Shown piece by piece: positions 50,951 to 62,050 of a stretch of 64,000 bases of DNA; positions within the stretch are counted from its first letter, which is position 1, and each line of letters opens with the position of its first letter. Under the pieces are notes generated by a model. It saw only the letters and a program-made list of their open reading frames with translations, was not told where the DNA came from and did no database searches. Made by a program: the position numbers and the translations under genes. This stretch comes from Eledone cirrhosa (lineage: Eukaryota), in the NCBI GenBank assembly GCA_964016885.1, contig OZ024742.1, forward strand, positions 378,572,001 through 378,636,000, written 5' to 3'.

Positions 50951-53900
50951 GTCGATTGTAGCACTGAGCAGTCTATTGTATTAATGTTGTGGTCATTTGT
51001 AGCTCTATTGTAACACTGAGTAGTCTATTGTATTAATGTTGTGGTCATTTGTAGCTCTATTGTAGCACTGAGCATTGTATTGTATTAATGTTGTGGTCAT
51101 TTGTAGTCTATTGTAGCACTGAGCAGTCTATTTTATTAATGTTGTGGTCATCTGTAGTCTATTGTAGCACTGAGCAGTCTATTGTATTAATGTTGTGGTC
51201 ATTTGTAGTCTATTGTAGCACTGAGCAGTCTATTGTATTAATGTCGTGGTCATTTGAAGTCTATTGTAGCACTGAGCAGTCTATTGTATTAATGTTGTGG
51301 TCATTTGTAGCTCTATTGTAGCACTGAGCAGTCTATTGTATTAATGTTGTGGTCATATGTAGCTCTATAGTAGCATAGAGCAGTCTATTCTCTTAAGGTT
51401 GTGGTCTTTTGTAGCTCTATTGTAGCACTGAGCAGTCTATTGTATTAATGTTATTGTCATTTGTAGTCCATTGTAGCACTGAGGAGTCTATTGTATTAAT
51501 GTTGTGATCATTTGTAGTCTATTGTAGCACTGAGCAGTCTATTGTATTAATGTTGTGGTCATTTGTAGCTCTATTGTAGCACTGAGCAGTCTATTGTATT
51601 AATGTTGTGGTAATTTGTAGTCTATTGTAGCACTGAGCAGTGTATTGTATTAATATTGTGGTCATGTGTAGTCTTTTGTAGCACTGAGCAATCTATTGTA
51701 TTAATGTTGTGGTCATTTGTAGTCTACTGTAGCACTGAGCAGTCTATTGTATTAATGTTGTGGTCATTTGTCGTCTATTGTAGCACTGAGCAGTCTATTG
51801 TATTAATGTTGTGTTAATTTGTAGTCTATTGTAGCACTGAGCAGTGTATTGTATTAATATTGTGGTCATTTGTAGCTCTATTGTAGCACTGAGCAGTCTA
51901 TTGTATTAATGTTGTGGTCATTTGTAGTCTATTGTAGCACTGAGCAGTCTATTGTATTAATGTTGTGGTCATTTGTAGCTCTATTGTAGCAATGAGCAGT
52001 CTATTGTATTAATGTTGTGGTCATTTGTAGTCTATTGTAGCACTGAGCAGTCTATTGTATTAATGTTGTGGTCATTTGTAGCTCTATTGTAGCACTGAGC
52101 AGTGTATTGTATTAGTGTTGTGGTCATTTGTAGCTCTATTGTAGCACTGAGCAGTCTATTATATTAATGTTGTGGTCAGTTGTATTCTATTGTAGCACTG
52201 AGCAGACTATCGTATTAATGTTGTGGTCATTTGTAGTATATTGTAGCACTGAGCAGTCTATTGTATTAATGTTGTGGTCATTTGTAGTCTATTGTAGCAC
52301 TGAGCAGTCTATTGTATTAGTGTTGTGGTAATTTGTAGTCTATTGTAGCACTGAGCAGTGTATTGTATTAATATTGTGGTCATTTGTAGCTCTATTGTAG
52401 CACTGAGCAGTCTATTGTATTAATGTTGTGGTCATTTGTAGTCTATTGTAGCACTGAGCAGTCTATTGTATTAATGTTGTGGTCATTTGTAGCTCTATTG
52501 TAGCACTGAGCAGTCTATTGTATTAATTTTGTTGTCATTTGTAGTCTATTGTTGCACTGAGCAGTCTATTGTATTAATGTTGTGGTCATTTGTAGCTCTA
52601 TTGTAGCACTGAGCAGTGTATTGTATTAGTGTTGTGGTCATTTGTAGTTCTATTGTAGCACTGAGCAGTCTATTGTATTACTGTTGTGGTCATTTGTAGT
52701 ATATTGTAGTTCTGAGCAGTCTATTGTATTGATGTTGTGGTCATTTGTAGTCTACTGTAGCACTGAGCAGTCTATTGTATTAATGTTGTGGTACATTTGT
52801 AGTCTATTGTAGCACTGAGCAGTCTATTGTATTAATGTTGTGGTCATTTGTAGTCTATTGTAGCACTGAGCAGTCTATTGTATTAATGTTGTGGTCATTT
52901 GTAGCTCTATTGTAGCACTGAGCAGTCTATTATATTAATGTTGTGTTCATTTGTAGTCTATTTTAGCACTGAGCAGTCTATTGTATTAGTGTTGTGGTAA
53001 TTTGTAGCTCTATTGTAGCACTGAGCAGTCTTTTGTATTAATGTTGTGGTCAGTTGTAGTCGATTGTAGCACTGAGCAGTCTATTGTATTAATGTTGTGG
53101 TAATTTGTAGCTCTATTGTAGCACTGAGTAGTCTATTGTATTAATGTTGTGGTCATTTGTAGCTCTATTGTAGCACTGAGCATTGTATTGTATTAATGTT
53201 GTGGTCATTTGTAGTCTATTGTAGCACTGAGCAGTCTATTGTATTAATGTTGTGGTCATTTGTAGCTATATTGTAGCACTGAGCACTCAATTGTATTAAT
53301 GTTGTGGTCATTTGTAGCTCTATTGTAGCACTGAGCAGTCTATTGTATTAATGTGTGGTCATTTGTAGTCTATTGTAGCACTGAGCAGTCTATTGTATTA
53401 GTGTTGTGGTCATTTGTAGCTCTATAGTAGCACTGAGCAGTCTATTGTATAAATGTTGTGGTCCGTTGTAGTCTATTGTAGCACTGAGCAGTCTATTGTA
53501 TTAATGTTGTGGTCATTTGTAGCTCTATTGTAGCACTGAGCAGTCTATTGTATTAATGTTGTGGTCATTTGTAGCTCTATTGTAGCACTGAGCATTGTAT
53601 TGTATTAATGTTGTGGTCATTTGTAGTCTATTGTAGCACTGAGCAGTCTATTGTATTAACGTTGTGGCCATTTGTAGTCTATTGTAGCACTGAGCAGACT
53701 ATTGTATTAATGTTGTGGTCATTTGTAGTCTATTTTAGCACTGAGCAGTCTATTTTATTAATGTTGTGGCCATTTGTAGCTCTATTGTAGCACTGAGCAT
53801 TGTATTGTATTAATGTTGTGGTCATTTGTAGTCTATTGTAGCACTGAGCAGTCTATTGTATTAATGTCGCGGTCATTTCAAGTCTATTGTAGTACTGAGC

Positions 53901-55009
53901 AGTCTATTGTATTAATGTTGTGGTCATTTGTAGCTCTATTGTTGCACTGAGCAGTCTATTGTATTAATGTTGTGGTCATTTGTAGTCTATTGTAGCACTG
54001 AGCAGTCTATTGTATTAATGTTGTGGTCATTTGTAGTCTATTGTAGCACTGAGCAGTCTATTGTATTAATGTTGTGGTCATTTGTAGTCTATTGTAGCAC
54101 TGAGCAGTCTATTGTATTAATGTTGTGGTCATTTGTAGCTCTATTGTAGCACTGAGCAGTCTATTGTATTAATGTTGTGGTCATTTGTAGTCTATTGTAG
54201 CACTGAGCAGTCTATTGTATTAATGTTGTGGTCATTTGTTGTCTAATGTAGCACTGAGCAGTCTATTGTATTAATGCTGTGGACATTTGTAGTCTATTGT
54301 AGCACTGAGCGTTTTATTGTATTAATGTTGTGGTCTTTTGTAGTCTATTGTAACACTGAGCAGTCTAATGTATTAATGTTGTGGTCATTTGTAGTCTATT
54401 GTAGCACTGAGCAGTCTATTGTTTTAATGTTGTGGTCATTTGTAGATCTATTGTAGCATTGAGCAGTCTATTGTATTAATGTTGTGGTCATTTGTAGCTC
54501 TATTGTAGCATCGAGCAGTCTATTGTATTAATGTTGTGGTCAGTTGTATTCTATTGTAGCACTGAGCAGTCTATTGTATTAATGTTGTGGTCATTTGTAG
54601 TCTATTGAAGCACTGATCAGTCTATTGTATTAATGTTGTGGTAATTTGTAGCTCTATTGTAGCACTGAGCAGTCTATTGTATTAATGTTGTGGTCAGTTG
54701 TATTCTATTGTTCCACTGAGCAGACTATTGTATTAATGTTGTGGTCAATTGTAGTCTATTGTAGCACTGAGCAGTCTATTGTATTAGTGTTGTGGTCATT
54801 TTTAGCTCTATAGTAGCACTGAGCAGTCTATTGTATTAATGTTGTGGTCAGTTGTAGGCTATTGTAGCACTGAGCAGTCTATTGTATTAATGTTGTGGTC
54901 ATTTGTAGTCTATTGTAGCACTGAGCAGTCTATTGTATTAATCTTGTGGTCATTTGTAGTCTATTGTAGCACTGAGCAGTCTAATTTATTAATCTTGTGG
55001 TCATTTGTA

Positions 55010-58000
55010 GCTCTATTGTAGCACTGAGCATTGTATTGTATTAATGTTGTGGTCATTTGTAGTCTATTGTAGCACTGAGCAGTCTATTGTATTAATGTCG
55101 TGGTCATTTGAAGTCTATTGTAGCACTGAACAGTCTATTGTATTAAGGTTGTGGTTATTTGTAGTCTATTGTAGCACTGAGCAGTCTATTATATTAATGT
55201 TGTGGTCAGTTGTATTCTATTGTAGCACTGAGCAGACTATCGTATTAATGTTGTGGTCATTTGTAGTATATTGTAGTTCTGAGCAGTCTATTGTATTGAT
55301 GTTGTGGTCATTTGTAGTCTATTGTAGCACTGAGCAGTCTATTGTATTAATGTTGTGGTACATTTGTAGTCTATTGTAGCACTGAGCAGTGTATTGTATT
55401 AATATTGTGGTCATTTGTAGCTCTATTGTAGCACTGAGCAGTCTATTGTATTAATGTTGTGGTTATTTGTAGTCTATTGTAGCACTGAGCAGTCTATTAT
55501 ATTAATGTTGTGGTCAGTTGTATTCTATTGTAGCACTGAGCAGTCTATTGTATTAATGTTGTGGTCATTTGTAACCTATTGTAGCACTGAGCAGTCTGTT
55601 GTATTAATGTTGTGGTCATTTGTAGCTCTATTGTAGTACTGAGCACTCTATTGTATTAATGTTGTGGTAATTTGTAGTCTATTGTAGCACTGAGCAGTGT
55701 ATTGTATTAATATTGTGGTCATTTGTAGCTCTATTGTAGCACTGAGCAGTCTATTGTATTAATGTTGTGGTCATTTGTAGTCTATTGTAGCACTGAGCAG
55801 TCTATTGTATTAATGTTGTGGTCATTTGTAGCTCTATTGTAGCACTGAGCAGTCTATTGTATTAATTTTGTGGTCATTTGTAGTCTATTGTAGCACTGAG
55901 CAGTCTATTGTATTAATGTTGTGGTCATTTGTAGCTCTATTGTAGCACTGAGCAGTGTATTGTATTAGTGTTGTGGTCATTTGTAGTTCTATTCTAGCAC
56001 TGAGCAGTCTATTGTATTAATGTTGTGTTCATTTGTAGTATATTGTAGTTCTGAGCAGTCTATTGTATTGATGTTGTGGTCATTTGTAGTCTACTGTAGC
56101 ACTGAGCAGTCTATTGTATTAATGTTGTGGTACATTTGTAGTCTATTGTAGCACTGAGCAGTCTATTGTTTTAATGTTGTGGTCATTTGTAGTCTATTCT
56201 AGCACTGAGCAGTCTATTGTTTTAATGTTGTGGTCATTTGTAGCTCTATTGTAGCACTGAGCAGTCTATTGTATTAATGTTGTGGTACATTTGTAGTCTA
56301 TTTTAGCACTGAGCAGTCTATTGTATTAGTGTTGTGGTCATTTGTAGCTCTATTGTAGCACTGAGCAGTCTATTGTATTAATGTTGTGGTCAGTTGTAGT
56401 CAATTGTAGCACTGAGCAGTCTATTGTATTAATGTTGTGGTCATTTGTAGCTCTATTATAGCACTGAGCAGTCTATTGTATTAATGTGTGGTCATTTGTA
56501 GCTCTATTGTAGCACTGAGCATTGTATTGTATTAATGTTGTGGTCATTTGTAGTCTATTGTAGCACTGAGCAGTCTATTGTATTAATGTTGTGGTCATTT
56601 GTAGCTATATTGTAGCACTGAGCACTCTATTGTATTAATGTTGTGGTCATTTGTAGCTCTATTGTAGCACTGAGCAGTCTATTGTATTAATGTTGTGGTC
56701 ATTTGTAGTCTATTGTAGCACTGAGCAGTCTATTGTATTAGTTTTGTGGTCATTTGTAGCTCTATAGTAGCACTGAGCAGTCTATTGTATAAATGTTGTG
56801 GTCAGTTGTAGTCTATTGTAGCACTGAGCAGTCTATTGTATTAATGTTGTGGTCATTTGTAGCTCTATTGTAGCACTGAGCAGTCTATTGTATTAATGTT
56901 GTGGTCATTTGTAGCTCTATTGTAGCACTGAGCATTGTATTGTATTAATGTTGTGGTCATTTGTAGTCTATTGTAGCACTGAGCAGTCTATTGTATTAAT
57001 GTTGTGGTCATTTGTAGTCTATTGTAGCACTGAGCAGACGATTGTATTAATGTTGTGGTCATTTGTAATCTATTGTAGCACTGAGCAGTCTATTTTATTT
57101 ATGTTGTGGTCATTTGTAGCTCTATTGTAGCACTGAGCATTGTATTGTATTAATGTTGTGGTCATTTGTAGTCTATTGTAGCACTGAGCAGTCTATTGTC
57201 TTAATGTCGTGGTCATTTGAAGTCTATTGTAGCACTGAGCAGTCTATTGTATTAATGTTGTGGTTATTTGTAGTCTATTGTAGCACTGAGCAGTCTATTA
57301 TATTAATGTTGTGGTCAGTTGTATTCTATTGTAGCACTGAGCAGACTATCGTATTAATGTTGTGGTCATTTGTAGTATATTGTAGTTCTGAGCAGTCTAT
57401 TGTATTGATGTTGTGGTCATTTGTAGTCTATTGTAGCACTGAGCAGTCTATTGTATTAATGTTGTGGTACATTTGTAGTCTATTGTAGCACTGAGCAGTG
57501 TATTGTATTAATATTGTGGTCATTTGTAGCTCTATTGTAGCACTGAGCAGTCTATTGTATTAATGTTGTGGTTATTTGTAGTCTATTGTAGCACTGAGCA
57601 GTCTATTATATTAATGTTGTGGTCAGTTGTATTCTATTGTAGCACTGAGCAGTGTATTGTATTAATGTTGTGGTCATTTGTAGTCTATTGTAGCACTGAG
57701 CAGTCTGTTGTATTAATGTTGTGGTCATTTGTAGCTCTATTGTAGTACTGAGCACTCTATTGTATTAATGTTGTGGTAATTTGTAGTCTATTGTAGCACT
57801 GAGCAGTGTATTGTATTAATATTGTGGTCATTTGTAGCTCTATTGTAGCACTGAGCAGTCTATTGTATTAATGTTGTGGTCATTTGTAGTCTATTGTAGC
57901 ACTGAGCAGTCTATTGTATTAATGTTGTGGTCATTTGTAGCTCTATTGTAGCACTGAGCAGTCTATTGTATTAATTTTGTGGTCATTTGTAGTCTATTGT

Positions 58001-61000
58001 AGCACTGAGCAGTCTATTGTATTAATGTTGTGGTCATTTGTAGCTCTATTGTAGCACTGAGCAGTGTATTGTATTAGTGTTGTGGTCATTTGTAGTTCTA
58101 TTGTAGCACTGAGCAGTCTATTGTATTAATGTTGTGGTCATTTGTAGTATATTGTAGTTCTCAGCAGTCTATTGTATTGATGTTGTGGTCATTTGTAGTC
58201 TACTGTAGCACTGAGCAGTCTATTGTATTAATGTTGTGGTACATTTGTAGTCTATTGTAGCACTGAGCAGTCTATTGTATTAATGTTGTGGTCATTTGTA
58301 GTCTATTCTAGCACTGAGCAGTCTATTGTATTAATGTTGTGGTCATTTGTAGCTCTATTGTAGCACTGAGCAGTCTATTGTATTAATGTTGTGGTACATT
58401 TGTAGTCTATTTTAGCACTGAGCAGTCTATTGTATTAGTGTTGTGGTCATTTGTAGCTCTATTGTAGCACTGAGCAGTCTATTGTATTAATGTTGTGGTC
58501 AGTTGTAGTCAATTGTAGCACTGAGCAGTCTATTGTATTAATGTTGTGGTCATTTGTAGCTCTATTATAGCACTGAGCAGTCTATTGTATTAATGTGTGG
58601 TCATTTGTAGATCTATTGTAGCACTGAGCATTGTATTGTATTAATGTTGTGGTCATTTGTAGTCTATTGTAGCACTGAGCAGTCTATTGTATTAATGTTG
58701 TGGTCATTTGTAGCTATATTGTAGCACTGAGCACTCTATTGTATTAATGTTGTGGTCATTTGTAGCTCTATTGTAGCACTGAGCAGTCTATTGTATTAAT
58801 GTTGTGGTCATTTGTAGTCTATTGTAGCACTGAGCAGTCTATTGTATTAGTTTTGTGGTCATTTGTAGCTCTATAGTAGCACTGAGCAGTCTATTGTATA
58901 AATGTTGTGGTCAGTTGTAGTCTATTGTAGCACTGAGCAGTCTATTGTATTAATGTTGTGGTCATTTGTAGCTCTATTGTAGCACTGAGCAGTCTATTGT
59001 ATTAATGTTGTGGTCATTTGTAGCTCTATTGTAGCACTGAGCATTGTATTGTATTAATGTTGTGGTCATTTGTAGTCTATTGTAGCACTGAGCAGTCTAT
59101 TGTATTAATGTTGTGGTCATTTGTAGTCTATTGTAGCACTGAGCAGACGATTGTATTAATGTTGTGGTCATTTGTAGTCTATTGTAGCACTGAGCAGTCT
59201 ATTTTATTAATGTTGTGGTCATTTGTAGCTCTATTGAAGCACTGAGCATTGTATTGTATTAATGTTGTGGTCATTTGTAGTCTATTGTAGCACTGAGCAG
59301 TCTATTGTCTTAATGTCGTGGTCATTTGAAGTCTATTGTAGCACTGAGCAGTCTATTGTATTAATGTTGTGGTCATTTGTAGCTCTATTGTTGCACTGAG
59401 CAGTCTATTGTATTAATGTTGTGGTCATTTGTAGTCTATTGTAGCACTGAGCAGACTATTGTATTAATGTTGTGGTCATTTGTAGTCTATTGTAGCACTG
59501 AGCAGTCTATTGTATTAATGTTGTGGTCATTTGTAGTCTATTGTAGCACTGAGCAGTCTATTGAATTAATGTTGTGGTCATTTGTAGCTCTATTGTAGCA
59601 CTGAGCAGTCTATTGTATTAATGTTGTGGTCATTTGTAGTCTATTGTAGCACTGAGCAGTCTATTGTATTAATGTTGTGGTCATTTGTTATCTATTTTAG
59701 TACTGAGCAGTCTATTGTATTAATGTTGCGGTCATTTGTAGTCTAATGTAGCACTGAGCAGTCTATTGTATTAATGCTGTGGACATTTGTAGTCTATTGT
59801 AGCACTGAGCGGTTTATTGTATTAATGTTGTGGTTATTTTGTAGTCTATTGTAGCACTGAGCAGTCTATTGTATTAATGTTGTGGTCATTTGTAATCTAT
59901 TGTAGCACTGAGCAGTCTATTGTTTTAATGTTGTGGTCATTTGTAGATCTATTGTAGCATTGAGCAGTCTATTGTATTAATGTTGTGGTCATTTGTAGCT
60001 CTATTGTAGCACTGAGCAGTCTATTGTATTAATTTTGTGGTCATTTGTAGTCTATTGTAGCACTGAGCAGTCTATTGTATTAATGTTGTGGTCATTTGTA
60101 GCTCTATTGTAGCACTGAGCAGTGTATTGTATTAGTGTTGTGGTCATTTGTAGTTCTATTGTAGCACTGAGCAGTCTATTGTATTAATGTTGTGGTCATT
60201 TGTAGTATATTGTAGTTCTCAGCAGTCTATTGTATTGATGTTGTGGTCATTTGTAGTCTACTGTAGCACTGAGCAGTCTATTGTATTAATGTTGTGGTAC
60301 ATTTGTAGTCTATTGTAGCACTGAGCAGTCTATTGTATTAATGTTGTGGTCATTTGTAGTCTATTCTAGCACTGAGCAGTCTATTGTATTAATGTTGTGG
60401 TCATTTGTAGCTCTATTGTAGCACTGAGCAGTCTATTGTATTAATGTTGTGGTACATTTGTAGTCTATTTTAGCACTGAGCAGTCTATTGTATTAGTGTT
60501 GTGGTCATTTGTAGCTCTATTGTAGCACTGAGCAGTCTATTGTATTAATGTTGTGGTCAGTTGTAGTCAATTGTAGCACTGAGCAGTCTATTGTATTAAT
60601 GTTGTGGTCATTTGTAGCTCTATTATAGCACTGAGCAGTCTATTGTATTAATGTGTGGTCATTTGTAGCTCTATTGTAGCACTGAGCATTGTATTGTATT
60701 AATGTTGTGGTCATTTGTAGTCTATTGTAGCACTGAGCAGTCTATTGTATTAATGTTGTGGTCATTTGTAGCTATATTGTAGCACTGAGCACTCTATTGT
60801 ATTAATGTTGTGGTCATTTGTAGCTCTATTGTAGCACTGAGCAGTCTATTGTATTAATGTTGTGGTCATTTGTAGTCTATTGTAGCACTGAGCAGTCTAT
60901 TGTATTAGTTTTGTGGTCATTTGTAGCTCTATAGTAGCACTGAGCAGTCTATTGTATAAATGTTGTGGTCAGTTGTAGTCTATTGTAGCACTGAGCAGTC

Positions 61001-62050
61001 TATTGTATTAATGTTGTGGTCATTTGTAGCTCTATTGTAGCACTGAGCAGTCTATTGTATTAATGTTGTGGTCATTTGTAGCTCTATTGTAGCACTGAGC
61101 ATTGTATTGTATTAATGTTGTGGTCATTTGTAGTCTATTGTAGCACTGAGCAGTCTATTGTATTAATGTTGTGGTCATTTGTAGTCTATTGTAGCACTGA
61201 GCAGACGATTGTATTAATGTTGTGGTCATTTGTAGTCTATTGTAGCACTGAGCAGTCTATTTTATTAATGTTGTGGTCATTTGTAGCTCTATTGAAGCAC
61301 TGAGCATTGTATTGTATTAATGTTGTGGTCATTTGTAGTCTATTGTAGCACTGAGCAGTCTATTGTCTTAATGTCGTGGTCATTTGAAGTCTATTGTAGC
61401 ACTGAGCAGTCTATTGTATTAATGTTGTGGTCATTTGTAGCTCTATTGTTGCACTGAGCAGTCTATTGTATTAATGTTGTGGTCATTTGTAGTCTATTGT
61501 AGCACTGAGCAGACTATTGTATTAATGTTGTGGTCATTTGTAGTCTATTGTAGCACTGAGCAGTCTATTGTATTAATGTTGTGGTCATTTGTAGTCTATT
61601 GTAGCACTGAGCAGTCTATTGAATTAATGTTGTGGTCATTTGTAGCTATATTGTAGCACTGAGCAGTCTATTGTATTAATGTTGTGGTCATTTGTAGTCT
61701 ATTGTAGCACTGAGCAGTCTATTGTATTAATGTTGTGGTCATTTGTTATCTATTTTAGTACTGAGCAGTCTATTGTATTAATGTTGCGGTCATTTGTAGT
61801 CTAATGTAGCACTGAGCAGTCTATTGTATTAATGCTGTGGACATTTGTAGTCTATTGTAGCACTGAGCGGTTTATTGTATTAATGTTGTGGTTATTTTGT
61901 AGTCTATTGTAGCACTGAGCAGTCTATTGTATTAATGTTGTGGTCATTTGTAATCTATTGTAGCACTGAGCAGTCTATTGTTTTAATGTTGTGGTCATTT
62001 GTAGATCTATTGTAGCATTGAGCAGTCTATTGTATTAATGTTGTGGTCAT
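55010..62050. repeat. Two overlapping tandem duplications with periods 2109 bp (41 monomers) and 2058 bp (40 monomers), giving three copies of a shared ~1.3-kb core
   Basis: ORF pairs 55044/57153, 55454/57563 and 56948/59057 (2109), and 59057/61115 and 59416/61474 (2058). The 1-bp deletion ATGTGTGG occurs at ~56484, ~58593 and 60651. TTCTCAGC at ~58158/60216 and TTGAATTAAT at ~59561/61619. Confidence 0.9.
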
